This document shows positions 13,798-26,993 of a stretch of DNA of 64,000 nt, in pieces. The position numbers and the translations under genes are program-made. The notes under the pieces are model-generated. The model saw nothing but the letters and a program-made list of their open reading frames with translations, was not told where the DNA came from and ran no database searches. The stretch is taken from assembly GCA_964106915.2 (NCBI GenBank), contig OZ066923.1; one strand, written 5' to 3'. How positions within the stretch are numbered: the stretch's first letter is position 1; every line of letters begins with the position of its first letter. This DNA comes from Podarcis gaigeae. Lineage: Eukaryota.

Positions 13798-14044
13798 CAG
13801 TGGTACCTTGGGATAAGAACTTAATTCATTCCGGAGGTCCGTTCTTAACCTGAAACTGTTCTTAACCTGAGGTACCACTTTAGCTAATGGGGCGTCCCGC
13901 TACCGCCGCGCAATTTCTGTTCTCATCCTGAGGTACTATTTCTGTTCTCATCCTGAGGTACTAATTTCTGTTCTTAACCCGAGGTACTATTTCTGGATTA
14001 GCGGAGTCTGTAACCTGAAGCGTCTGTAACCCAAGGTACCACCG
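13798..14044. mobile_element. Tigger-type MITE, same family as 9727-9977, opposite orientation, with an internal tandem duplication
   Basis: TA-cagtggtaccttgg ... ccaaggtaccaccg-TA; repeated atttctgttctcatcctgaggtact. Confidence 0.88.
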
Positions 14045-14959
14045 TATTTCAGCACAGCAGGCCCCCAGAGTGCTGAGAATATTATAAAATGGCAACAGTC
14101 CTTCTGTTGCTTTCTGTCTCTGGTTGGTTTTGCATGCAAGAACACTGCTTTGCACACAGCAATTTGTACATGTGCACCAAAATCAATTTGCAAACTGTGG
14201 TGCCTTATCCATGAATGCATATCAACGTACCTGCACCTATGGGCATATACAGAGTTAGTGAAGTGACAATGCAAAACTAGATTGTGCATGGATAGAATAT
14301 CAGAGCAGCACTTCCACTATCCCTTGGGAAGAAAACAGAATTAGGATTACCATGTGGATGACTCTCTATGACTTCACCCAAACCTCCTCAGCGTAATCTG
14401 CCATTTAACACAGCTTGAAAGAAACCACTTTCAATGGTCAGTCAATATGCTGCAGCTATTTCTTTCCCTCTTCATCCCTGGCTGCAAGAAATAAGTCCTG
14501 GATTCATATAGCAGCCAGGATCCGATTTGCTCCAATCCCAGCTCAAGCAGCTTTATACCACCCCACTAACAAGATCAGTACTGGCCAAACAGGGTTTATC
14601 CAGGCTGATCAGAGATGGATTAGATAACGAAACCCTAACTGCCTAAAGCTGTCTGCTGCTGCAATGGATAAAGAATGAAACATATGAGATATATTGCATA
14701 CTGCCTCTAAATTAGCCTCTTGCACCTAATTGTTGCTTTCAGAGTTCTGTTGTGACCCAAAAATTAAAGTATATCGTGTACTGTATAAACAACATTTGTA
14801 TAGCAAAATTGCTGTTATTGTTTATCAGCCACTAAACTGTTGTGGTACTAGTCGAACAGAGGACAATAGGAATGACAACTCACTGTAACCTTTGTGATAA
14901 ATATAGACAAAGTCAGAAACCTATCACAGCATCTGTAGAGCATATGCATTCTTATTAAC

Positions 14960-15650
14960 TACTGGTTTATATTTTTAAAATGCATCCCAAAAATGTTTGT
15001 CCACAAAATAAGATCTTCAAGACAGCTAACCATCATAACAATTAAACACACTGTAAAAATAACATTAAAAAATATCCACAACAAAACCCCTTAATGGAAA
15101 ACAAATGCAGAGCAACCACTTAAGAAAATGTCCTTTAGAGTAGCAGAGAAATACAGGGGTTGAAGCTAAATTTCATGGGGCAAAGTCATCCAGAATACAG
15201 GTACCATTAGCAAGAATCTCTACCACCACTTCACTTCTGTTGAGCCAGGACAGAAAGTAGGGCCTCCCCTGAGGACTGAAACATGTGGATGTGTACATAT
15301 GGAAGACAGCATATTTTAGATACTGCAGTCCCCAAGATACTGAGGATTTTGAAGGCTAGCACGATCACTTTGGATTAGATGCAAAAAACAATATGAGGGA
15401 TCCCGTGAAGATGGCACAATATGGGTGTTATGTGATCATAAACTCTGGCTCCTATGAGAAACCAAACTACATTCTACATCAGTTGAAGTTTCTGGATTCT
15501 TTTGGAAGGCATCCTTATAAATGATGTTACAGTAATCCAATCTCGATGTTATCAAGTGTATTTATGGCTATGGTGAGGTCTGTATTTCCCAGGAAATGAG
15601 TTGTAATAGACGGAGTTCCACAATTTAGGCTGTAAGAAGCGTCTGATCAG
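14960..15650 (-). mobile_element. Degraded L2 LINE ORF2 3' region
   Basis: Minus strand encodes ITSRLDYCN (about 15526-15552), a characteristic L2 ORF2 motif. Confidence 0.7.
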
Positions 15651-16424
15651 GAGGAAACTGCAGTTAGTACCGCACAATGAATGGGTTCTCTCTTACACAC
15701 AATCGTTTTCTGACAGTATTTGTACCATTATTGTTGTTCCATCTCTATGAACATAACATTACCAATGTCATAACTTCTATGGCACATTAGTGAAGAGTTT
15801 GATTCTCCTTCTTTATTCCCCTTCCCATACAACTGACTATAGCAGGTGATGGGGGAACAGTGGCTCCACTTGATTGTCCATGTATGCTTTTTACCCTCAC
15901 AAAGCAACTCATGTGGAGAAGAAATCAAGAGACAGAGAATCCTAACATAAAGAACTGAAAAGTATGCCCTTAAGAATAAACTGGAGAAATTGTCTGGACT
16001 AACTAACACATAAGGTATTATTCTTAATGCGAGCCAGAATGATGAGATAAAAACAGCGCTTTCAAACCCATAAAATTTCTAAGACTCCTGAGCATCAGGG
16101 TATGCCTTATAGCAATGGTAGCCGATGTGGTGCCCTCCAGATGTTGTTGGACTACAATTCCCATCATCGCTAACCAATGACCATGCTGGCAATAGCAACT
16201 GAGTTAAAACTCCAGCAACATTTGGAACAAACCACATTGGCTACCCTGACTTACAGAATACTACTTCCAGCATGATACATCTCATACACATGCCACTACA
16301 TATGTTGGACATGCTTCTGATTTCCTGAAAAGAAAGTTTTCATATGTTCAGTATTAAAAACTGTAAATCAAAACAAAAGTCATTTTTTCCTATGGATGCT
16401 AAAATGTGTATTTTGTAACATAAA

Positions 16425-16677
16425 AAGGTAAAGGTAAAGGTACCCCTGCCCGTACGGGCCAGTCTTGACAGACTCTGGGGTTGTGCGCCCATCTCACTCA
16501 AGAGGCCAGGGGCCAGCGCTGTCCGAAGACACTTCCGGGTCACGTGGCCAGCGTGACATCGCTGCTCTGGCGAGCCAGAGCCGCACACGGAAACGCCGTT
16601 TACCTTCCCGCTGGTAAGCGGTTCCTATTTATCTACTTGCACCCGGAGGTGCTTTCGAACTGCTAGGTTGGCAGGCG
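16425..16677 (-). mobile_element. 5'-truncated Sauria SINE
   Basis: (ACCTTT)n tail; perfect 15-bp TSD attttgtaacataaa (16410-16424, 16678-16692); CpGs intact. Confidence 0.92.
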
Positions 16678-17052
16678 ATTTTGTAACATAAAGACTCCTA
16701 AAATGTGATTAGGTAGGCCACAATCATGGACATATTTGCATACCTGTAAATATTTTTTTCCCCCAGTATTGCAAGAAAAACTGGGCTACTGCGACATTTA
16801 AGGCCCAAGGGATATTGGATGGGAGGCAAAGGAAAAGTTACATTAAAATAGTTGCCATAGGATATTAGTTCCAGTTTGAGAAATTTCAAATTCATTGCAA
16901 ACTTAAATCTCTTGCTACAGTTTTCTTACAGTTTGCTAGAACTGTTCATGTTTTGCTTGCATGAAACAGATTGATACAACATGATGCTAAAGTCTCATTT
17001 GCACATGAAGTGAGCAAGGATTCTGTGTTAATTAAGCATTCTGTGTCCTATA

Positions 17053-17162
17053 CAGTCGTACCTTGGAAGTCGAACAGCCTAATTCTTGAATGTTTTGGCT
17101 CCCAAGTTCCAGTTCGGTTCCAGTTTTTGAATGTTTTGGAAGTCGAACAGACTTCCGGAACA
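17053..17162. mobile_element. Tigger/mariner-like fragment
   Basis: TA-cagtcgtaccttggaagtcgaac terminus. Confidence 0.6.
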
Positions 17163-20100
17163 GATTCCACAATTATGTGACTAATTGCATATCAGGAGGT
17201 AACAGAGAATCACACAAAATAGGACAAATTCCAGAAGCTAAATGGAACATTAGTGCAAGAGAATGAACATCCACTTAGGGCCACCAACTAGAGTCATAGA
17301 GGCAATTAAGAGCTGTAGCAGAAAACATCAAATTGCAATGAATAAATCACACAGTTTTCAAAGAGTGGAACACAGTCAGTGTCAGCAACAGAAAGGAGCA
17401 TCAAGCACACAGTTTCTTGTCCAAGCAGCACTCAGCAAAGTAATACATTTCTGTAAAGAATAGTTTCAGTTTAAAGTATTTTCCTAACTTGGCAGATCAG
17501 AAGGAAGTGTACACAGCAATTCTCTTTTTAAAACAATTTACCTCATAGTCTCTAAATAGTTTAAGCAAAACATGTGGCCAGAGAAGAAAATGCAATTTTT
17601 TAAAAAATAAAGGTTTACAAAGTTTCTAGAAAAAAAGGGCACCAGCAAGAGATAAAACGCTTTCTACCCTCCTCCAGATGCAATTTTCAAGTTTCCCCCT
17701 CTTAATTTACTAGATGCACCTCTATACAAACATTTTCATAACACAACTCCAAATACAAGCTTAGTATCCCCAACAATTAGAATCACCCATACCCAAAAAG
17801 TAACCGAAAGATGTGCTTGTTTCTTCCATCTATGTATATTCAAGCATAAAGCTATCAATGGCTCATTAAGTCACTTTGGTTATATACCATACTGGTCTAA
17901 ATATAGGCCATACTTTCCCCCAAAATCTGGTTTATATAAACCTGAATGCACCCTACAATTGCAGTCTTATAAGTAGAGAAGCCAGGAAACAATATGAGAC
18001 CTTGGGAACTGCACGGAACTTCAGCTCTTTTGCAAAGGATCACCCACCCTTCTCAAGAGGTAGCCCAGGCTACCTGGTTAGTTATTCATTGTGAGACAAG
18101 TCTAGAGGCTGCATGTGTTCTTTCAGAATTTAAAGAGTACCATGTGGTGCTGGCAGAGAATTTAAGTGTGTGTGTCTCTTTCCAAGAGATCTTGTTTTAG
18201 GGGGTGTGGCCTATATTCAGGGACAATTTATTTTCGGTATTGCCTCCAGAATCAGAGGCCTCTGAATATTAGTTGCTGGAAAGCGCAAACAGGGAAGATG
18301 CTATTACACTTGGTTCCCATTTGTGGGCTTCCCAAAGACATTTGGGTGGTCACTGTTAGAACAGGATACTGGAATAGATGGGCATTTGGTCTGATCCAAG
18401 CAGTTGCTACTGCATAATGTAATCCAACACACAGTACACTAAGAACACTACTCAGCAGCATGAAGCATATCCTCCTGTTGCCTAGATTATATTTTATCAA
18501 TAGTAAACAAACACCTCATTTTAAAGTTAATAGTGCAATCCTAACTCCCAGATATAATAGCTGAGAGAGGTTAGCCGGAGCTGGAAATAGGCTGCCATCC
18601 ATTACTCAGGCTGCCATCAATGACGCAGTCCAGGGTACCTACTCATACTTGTTAAGGGAAAGCCCTGCTAGCAGAAGTTAAATCGGCAGAAGTTACACCA
18701 GCGTAGAGAGGAGAAAAGGATTGCATTGCGGGGAAAAAGATGGATAACCAAAGTTATGCTGCATGCTAACTCCATTCACTGATTCACTGATTCACAGAGC
18801 TCTACGAAACTCAGCAGCTGAAAATGTGGGTGTAATTAAATTCAGTGCACAGGAATCAATGGAAAGGCAGAAAATGAAAGTCTACACTGCACACGCAACC
18901 CCCCCCCCCCCCCGAAAAAACCCTTGCTACACACACCCTGGCCAGAAGCAGTTAGGATGCAAAGTAATTTACCCCCTGACAAATCTGCCTGGTTAGGATG
19001 ACTCTGTAAGTCTATATTAGACCACTGTTATCAATGCTGAGCACTGGAGTACCCAATGAGTCTCATTGCTGAAATAGACAAAGGCCCAATGTGTCCCGTG
19101 GCTCAAATCAGGTACACTGGCGAAAGAAATGAAATGTGAATGAATCTAGGGATTTAAACAGGAAGTTCTTTGTGTCCATTGAATTATAAAGATATTATTT
19201 GCTTTCTAACAAATGAAAGAGGCCAAATCCTTAAACAAATTGAGGGAGGGAGAAGTGGTACAAGTATGCATTTGTAAAATGACATTTTAATAACTTTATA
19301 CAATATGTATTTGTACATTATATAGTTAATATTAGTTATATCAAGGACGGCTGTGCGACATAGAACTATTCCTTCACCACCAGCTTGTTAATTTTATGTA
19401 TCTGATTTCTCCTGTGTCACTTTCACTGTTCTCCATCTACAACAGACATCAGTGCCTGCAATTCACAACCATTCATACTTTGGTAGCACTCCACTGCTAG
19501 TAATGCAAAAAAAGAACTCTACCAGCACACAACATTCATTTCTTCTCCCATGGACAGTCATGGAGAAACTCTGGTTGGTTGCAAGCATAGAACTGCCAGA
19601 CTAGACTCTGAAATAAGGCTGCATATAAGCCTATTTCTAAAAGATGCCCTTTTCTCTAAGGACCACATTCTGTTCTACAGAAGTACAACTCCACAGATTA
19701 GAACAAAAGTCCCCCATCTCAGAGCATCATAGCTCAATACAACTGTAAATGACTACTACCAAAGTAGTAGACATTCCCTTATTTTTGAGGTTTCAGACTG
19801 GCATCTCTAGTGGATTACCACAAAACTCAAGGTAATTGTTTCCTCCTCTATCACTGGATGGATGAATGAATGTCCCTGAAGTGAATACTTAAGAAGCAGT
19901 GGAGTAACTTCATCTGCAGTCTGTATGTCACATCCAGGTTAGGGTGGCTATTCTTGGGGCAAGCTTGATCATATCTAAGTTGCATTTACACTTCAGCTGA
20001 GCGGTATACTAGTTTATCTGGGTGAGTGACAAGTGTGAGTGAAAGCTGTACAACATCTTGATGAACAAATGATTTTTTATGAAGAGTTTAAAACTTGAGT

Positions 20101-20459
20101 ACCATGCAGCTATCTTTGACAGCCCCAGAGTTAAAATAAAGTCCATGCAGTGCAATCCTAGGCATGTGCATTTACTCCCAGGTAAACCTGAATTGGACTG
20201 CAGCCTCAGATACAAGCAAAATATCCAGAGCCGCTTCATAAAACTCTACAGTTCTTCCACAAAGCAACGAGAGGCCTAATAAACTTTCTTGTGGAACAGA
20301 TCCAGATGAAAAGCTATTTGCCTCGAACTGCCGATATGGATGCGATCCAAAGCAAAAAAAACTTTGTCTCTTTCTAGGCCCTCCTCTCACTTTTTAAAAC
20401 CGAAGACCAGCAATGCATGCTCGTTTGCAAGTGTCAACCGTGACGGTCTACACCTAGGT

Positions 20460-20930
20460 CAGGGGTCTGCAACCCGCGGCTCCGGAGCCGCATGTGGCTC
20501 TTTTACACCTTTGCCGCGGCTCCGGGGCGGATACTAGCGATGGGAGGAGGCACATTGTGCGCCCCGACACTCCCCACTGTGGCGGGCGCTGTACTGGCTG
20601 TGACGTTGCATGGGGGCAGTGCGTGCGTTAGTCACGCACCGCACCGACGTCACCTTCCCGCTCGCCCGCCCGCCCACTACATTGTAAGGGGCATGTACGC
20701 TGGTCACTGTTTTGAAGGGGAGTGAAGAACACACACACACAAAAAGGTAACTTGTTAATGTAACGTTTATTTCTATGAGGAGGAGTAATTCTGAGGGGTC
20801 AAACAAAGAAATAATAAAAAAGTGACAAAAAGGTTATTTTTATAATGACGAGTTTTGCGGCTCCCAGTTTTTTTTATCTTTGGAAATGGGTCCAAGTGGC
20901 TCTTTTTGTCTTAAAGGTTGCAGACCCCTG
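20460..20930. mobile_element. hAT-Charlie non-autonomous element
   Basis: Perfect 15-bp TIR caggggtctgcaacc/ggttgcagacccctg; perfect TSD acctaggt. Confidence 0.92.
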
Positions 20931-21179
20931 ACCTAGGTTGACAAGCAAAAAGGCTTTGCGCACACATTGATGGTGATGATGATGATGTTGTTGATGATGA
21001 TGTTGCTGCTGTTACACTTGAGGCAAGCCACCACAATATGCTTCCCCCAGCTGCCCTCCCAGACCAACCACGGAGCTGCAGGATACCCTGCCCACACCCC
21101 TGCTGGACCCTCCACGTTTGTGAAAGCCCCTTACCTTTCCTCCCCCACCCTCCCACCTACCCCGCTATGCCTAGGATCC

Positions 21180-22720
21180 TAACACCGGCCCGACGAGGGA
21201 GGGGGATCAACGGGGCCAGCATCCTCCCAAAGCGGCGCTCTTCCCCCAGACTCCTGTGGGGGCGAGGGACAGGATACCCTCCAGTCTCACGCGCAGAGAG
21301 ACCCGTGCGCGCGCGCACAAACGCACCCGCGCCCGGGCGAGAGCGAGCGCGCCCCTCAAGGCCACAACCGGGGGGGGGGTGGTTTAAGGCGGCCGTCCAG
21401 GGTGGCGCCACCGCCGCCTCCTCCTCCTCCTTCCCCGCCGCCTTCCCGGCTAACCTGCATGCCTCCTCCGTCCGCCTCCGCCTCGGTCCGCAGCCTCTTA
21501 CTGAGGCCGCTGTCGGCTCCGTCGCCTCCGGGCATGGGCTGCTCCAGTTCGGGTTCCCGCTTCATCCCTCGCGGGGCTGGGACGCCGGGCACGAGCTGCT
21601 GGTGCTGGGCGCCGCCGTCCGCCATCCGAGCCGGACCCCCGGCCGCCCAAGCGGGAAGCGCAGCCGTCCTCGCCCCCTCGAAAGAGCCCGGCAGCAGCAG
21701 CTGGAGCTGGAGCGGCGCTGCTGAAGGCCCAGCCAGCCCGGTCCGGCCAGGACCAGCGGGAGACAAGGAGTAGGTGAAGGGGGCGCGCGGGACCGGCGCC
21801 TCTCCGGAGCCCGCGAGCGGGAGACCGAGGCTGTGCCCAAAGAGCGCGGCGGCGGCGCCGACTCGGGCCCGCCGGGCAGCGCAGAAAAGAACCGAGCAAA
21901 GGGAAGGCGAGAGAGAAGACGCACCGACGCGCGAAGCGGTGCTGGCGGCAGGCGCAGCAGCAAGAGCCGTCTCCGCCGGAGACGTAGAGTGGGGAGAGAG
22001 GAGAAAGGAGAGGCCGAAGCCCCTCGGTAATTTTCGGAAACGCCGTATGGGAGCGAGGACGCGACTCGGAGCGACCCCCTCCCCTTTCCTCCTCTCTCCC
22101 CCGCTCGGCAATCTTCGGGAATGGGATGAGGTGGGCGGGGCCACGGCTCTAAGAAAGGGCGGGGCCTGGGAGAGGTCCTGGAGGGCTCGGACGTTTGAAG
22201 GCCTCTTGGCTGAGCGGGAGAAGGGAGGGCTTTGCCTGAGGGAGTCGGTTTTCCCTCAGACCCGGAGGGAAGGGAGGAAAGGGGCCCCCCAGTAATAAAC
22301 GCCAGGCGAGGCTCGGCTTTCGGGTCGCCCCCAGGTGCTGAAGTGCCCGAGCTCGTTTCCTCTGCTCACGGAAACAACCGTTTGTGGATTTATTCCCAGC
22401 TGCTTGACAAGGAGCCCCGCGCTAGGAAATTGTGTTAGACGAGCTGCCTCGTTTAGAAAGGCGGCCTTCCTTCTTTCCAGGCCCGCAGCTGCTGCTGCTG
22501 CTGCCGCTGCCGCCGCCCCTGGTGAGGTTGGCGGCGGGGCTCTGTTTGAAAGAGAGGCTCTGTGTTTATTTCATCAGGGCTGAGGCCCGAGAGACGAAAT
22601 AAATTACGTGCGACCCCAATGTAACGAAACCATAAAGCGAAGCCGTCAGGATAAACACAAACAAACATCGACTGAAAAGCAAAGCAAACCGTCGCCCACT
22701 AAAAAAAAAAGCACTTAAAA
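21180..22720 (-). promoter_or_regulatory. CpG island / RBFOX2 promoter, 5'UTR and start of intron 1
   Basis: Very high GC and CpG density against a CpG-depleted background; GC boxes GGGCGGGG at about 22133-22140 and 22157-22164. Confidence 0.9.
21455..21625 (-). CDS. RBFOX2: RBFOX2 first coding exon (long N-terminal isoform), 57 codons
   Basis: MADGGAQHQQLVPGVPAPRGMKREPELEQPMPGGDGADSGLSKRLRTEAEADGGGMQ matches the recalled human N-terminus (MAEGAQPHQ...RGMKRESELELP...DGADPGLSKRPRTE...GGGGMQ). Donor CAG|gttagc. Lies downstream of MYH9 on the same strand, as in human. Confidence 0.92.
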
Positions 22721-25700
22721 CGCCTGAGCAAATAAGTCAGCTTTAACATGGCGCTTAAATATCAGCTCCTGTGGTTCTACAAAATATCAGTTCCTGTGGT
22801 TGTTCCACAGATTGGGTGCCATCATGGAGAAAACACTCCTGCAGCACCATGGAGAAAGTGTCCTCTAACTGGGGTGTGGATACAGGGGTGAGGAGCCCCA
22901 GGCCCACCCTTGTCCTATATCCAGCCCTTGGTAAGACTCTTCAGGCCACGTTGCTCACTGACTTTTGCTTTGTGCCATCCTTGTTGGTTTTGCCTAGCTG
23001 AAATTGGCCCTTGCATGAGTGTGCGTTGAAACTTAGCCCAGTGTACAAAGGTAAGATTTACTTTCATTGCTCCAGCCGCTTCTGCCTCTGGCCCTGCCCA
23101 ACGGGGCTATGCCCCTACTCCTGGTTCAGGGGTGATGGGAATTGTAGTCCAAAAACAGTTGGGAGATCCAAGTTTGGATATTCCTGCCCTAGGGAATGTG
23201 GCCCTCAGACTGAAAAAAGCCCCCCCCCCCCCCTGCAGTGAAGCTGCCTCCACAGATACTAAGGCACGGGCAAGCTGATATAGGAAGAGATGCTCCTTTG
23301 GGTATTTATTTAGATATAACAGTAGGTGCTTCCACATATTTTCTAAAAGGAGGCAGAGTTCCACTGCAGAAGTTTGCTGGTTTGGGAGTCATTAATCCTA
23401 AACCCAGATTTGTACAGACTAAGGCTGCAGTGTTTCCTAAACACTCTTAAACAAGGAGCTCAGTGGGATTTACTTATAAGGAGACATGATTAGGGTTGCG
23501 CTTTGCATATGCCCAAAGACACTCCCACTATTATTTATTTACAACTCCTCCCGCCCTTGTTTGCAGTCCAACATTGGGAGCTAAGCCCAGGGGAAGACAA
23601 TTCCACATGCACATAAAGAGCAAAAGGGAAGTGTGCACCATGTTAAAAAATGGAGATCTGCTTGTGGTGAACCATGGTTGATAGAGGCCCTTGGGGAAAT
23701 ATTTGCCATTAGTTTCCCATTCTGGCATTATTGTAATAGCAGCACAGAGTGGATGATGGATGGCAAGCAGGGGGCTTCTCATTCCAGGACTACCTGTAGC
23801 CCTTTTCCTAAGCAGCTTAGCTGTGCTGCCCCTCTAGCCATGCTGTCATATGCTGTGAAAGCTGAGCCTACTTCTCTCACCTTTGTCTCTTCTTACCTTC
23901 TCTCATTGCTTCTGCCTTTGTCCCGCTTCTCCTTTGCATCAGATTCCTGGACAGAGCTGACAAACACTGCTTGCTCTTGAGATCTCTCAGTTGCCCTCAC
24001 CTTGTCCAGATCTTGTCTCCGGGTTCATGTCCCTGGGCGCTTCTGATCCTACAGCGACTGGGCTAGAACTATGGGCACAAGTTGCATGTGACTTGGATCT
24101 TATGCAACAGCAGAATAACACCTGTGCAATAATTGCAGTAAAAGCATTGTCGGGGGGGGGGGGGAGCAAGTTTGAAACATGCTGCTTTTAAGTCTATGCC
24201 ATTTGTCTTATCATTAATAGGTGAAAGTATAATCCTTACAGACAGATGCAACCTTGAAGAAAAACATGCCACATTACTTTTGCTGGATCTTTTTTTTTTT
24301 TTAAAGGAAACATTTTGGTATCTTTAAAATGCAGAAATTCAATAACATCTGTGCCAGGTACAGTTACAAAAGCACAATTCACAGTCACTGTTGTAAGTTC
24401 TCCATTTTCCTGTCCCAAAGGTGTGATGGCAAATATAGTAACTGTCAAACAGCCTCCTTAACCTGGTGATTCCAGATGATTAATTTGTACTAAACAAGAA
24501 AATGGTCTGTTTTCAAATGGCTTAATTTTCCCCCAGTATCTTTTTGTTGTTGTTGTTGTTAAAGTTCAGATTTTATGCAGAGTTTGATGAGCAACCACAA
24601 TGACATTTGTCTACTTCCTGAGTGGTTAGAGTCAGTTTGCAACCCCATGAGATGTGTGAGTAATACAACTTGCCATATACAGCTTTGCTTGAAATTACAT
24701 ATCTTTGGCAATCACATTTAGCTTTGGCAAAATTTTTCTGTGTTCCTCATTATGCCATCAGGCTTTGATGCCTGTACTCCCTGAGGCAGGAAATGTGTTG
24801 GCTGTGACCTTTTTCATTCAAACTGCCCATTCCACATATTTAATTATCAGTAGCAGTTTTGCTGTGAAATATTAGGCAAACCGTTTGTCTTACAGTGTGA
24901 ATTTTTGAAGGTGTGAGCACTCAGAAGTGGCACCCACTTTACAGAGACTTTGGCCAGAGCACTTCAAAGTAAAAAACAGCAGCACTAGACTGGTTTTTCA
25001 AAAATTATTTTTTTAAAAAAACTAAATACCACTTGATTGTAGAAAAAGACTAAAAGCTGTTTATTTAAATCAAGGTTGATATTTTTTTCTGGAGGAACCC
25101 AGGTTCTTGTTTTCCTTTTTCCATGTAAACATACGGTCAAGCAACATGTGATATGAACGCTTTCTGTAAAAAAACACTTTCTAGCCACTTTCATTTTGAA
25201 GAAAAAAGCAGCCTTGTGGCTCTGATCCAAAATGTGCTCTCAATCTAGATTGGGGCTTCTTCCAATTTACTGCTTGAAATCACCCACACAAAATTATTTG
25301 CACCACAAGGTGATCTTTTCTGCAGATTGCAGGTTCAGTAGTAAACAGCAGTCACTGAAGACACAATTTTCAGCAGAATTTTAAAAATTGGAGTTTAATG
25401 GCTATTGTGTAATACATTTTGTCAGTAGTATTCTAACTGAAGTGTATTTGATGGGGAAATTATTCTGTCTGGTCAGGTAGAAGTTGGCTTAACTGTCTCT
25501 GGGAGACCTTAACTGACAGCTGAGGATGGGTTGGAGAGAGAACTCTCATTATACCAAAGAAGGATAGAAAGTATCCATATTTTGATTGGCCACCACCACA
25601 GATTTAGAATTTTCAGTTAGATTGTGTGATTGGTTGGGGCTTGACTAAAGTCAGAAGAAGTGAATATTTGATGGAACTAGTCAGTCACAGTCAGTCCATG

Positions 25701-26937
25701 TTGTTTGGAGAGTGTCTGTTTGTTATTGGTAGGTGTTTTTGGTAGAAAGACAGTAAAAGGATGTAAGACAGTAAGAGGAAGAAGACTGAGGAAGAAGAAA
25801 GAAGGCCTGAGAGGAAGGCATAGTGGCTTGGTGACTAAAGACTTTTTGGGGTAGTGAAATCACTTGGTTTAGGCTTAAGATGATGAGAGAAGAACCTGTC
25901 CACAACACTCAAGGAGTGCTTGGCTCTGATTTCTGGTAGGAGAGCCAGAGGAAGATTCCAGGATTGTACAAAAGGTTAAACAGAGGAAGTGACTGGCCCA
26001 AGGTTGTCTAGTGGCCTACCTGGCGGTAAATCAGTATGTCAAGTCCAAAGTTCAAAGACCAGGGGTCAAGCCACACAACCAAAGTCCAGAGTCCAGCAGT
26101 CAGGATACAGTGCAGAGTCAAGCCAAAAGCACAGCCCTGTAGAGGTCCAGGAGCATCCCAGCCAAGGTCCACCAATATGGGCAGTTGAGCAGACACGCCG
26201 CCTCAGCTCTGCTTCCCTTTTGCACTTTGCCCGCTGATTGCAGCATCTGGGCTTGATAAGGAATGTGATCCTCACCTGCCCCAAGCCTAATCCAGCTGAG
26301 AAATCACACACCTCTTCCCAGAGCTAGTGAACCACACTTGACCAGCTAGGGAGGTGGGCTGTGGCCGTTGCCTGGCCTCAGCCTCCTGGAGCACCCCTCC
26401 TGCTGCTCTCTATGCTTCAGATGCTGCAGCTGACATTTTAGTTGGTCCAAAAAGCACCAGTGAGTAACCAAGTCTGGTCCAAATATGGAAAACAACATGT
26501 CTCAGGCCCACTTCTGTTTCCCATTCCATTGCTTCAACTAGCTCACTAGGTGCTTGCTGTCATGGTATGCCTTCTCCCTTCTTCAGTGTGTCCCCTCTCT
26601 ACTCCTTCCTTGCAAAATGTTCGTGCCTCTCCCATAGACACAATTTTTATAAGCATATCATGTTCATGTGTGTGTGTAATCATTGGCACTGAAGTGGCAC
26701 TCCAGCTCTTCTCCTTGGGGAGGGGGTTTCCACATGCAAGCCCTCTAACCCCTGGCCTATGGGGTGACCTAGCTGTTGATCTGAATGATCTTCATTCCTT
26801 CCCTTTTTGCTGTGGGACTGCCAAAAATCTCTGTTTGATCTGTCAGGGGTATTTGAAACCTTGTCTAAGAAGAACCTAGAAGCTTGTCCCTACAAGAGTC
26901 ATTTGCTGCCATCCCCATCTCTGAGCCATGAAGTGAA

Positions 26938-26939
<2 letters not shown>

Positions 26940-26982
<43 letters not shown>
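26940..26982. repeat. (TG)n microsatellite
   Basis: About 21 units. Confidence 0.95.

Positions 26983-26993
<11 letters not shown>

Larger units (their letters stand above)
1..21454 (-). other. RBFOX2: RBFOX2 intron 1 (continues beyond the window start)
   Basis: No downstream RBFOX2 coding exon (NEPL.., GNQEP.., RRM) was recognised in 1-21454. Confidence 0.75.

Noticed and set aside
21038-22295. Several long overlapping ORFs in the CpG island
   Set aside because: Expected from stop-codon scarcity at high GC; only the 57-codon RBFOX2 exon matches a known protein.
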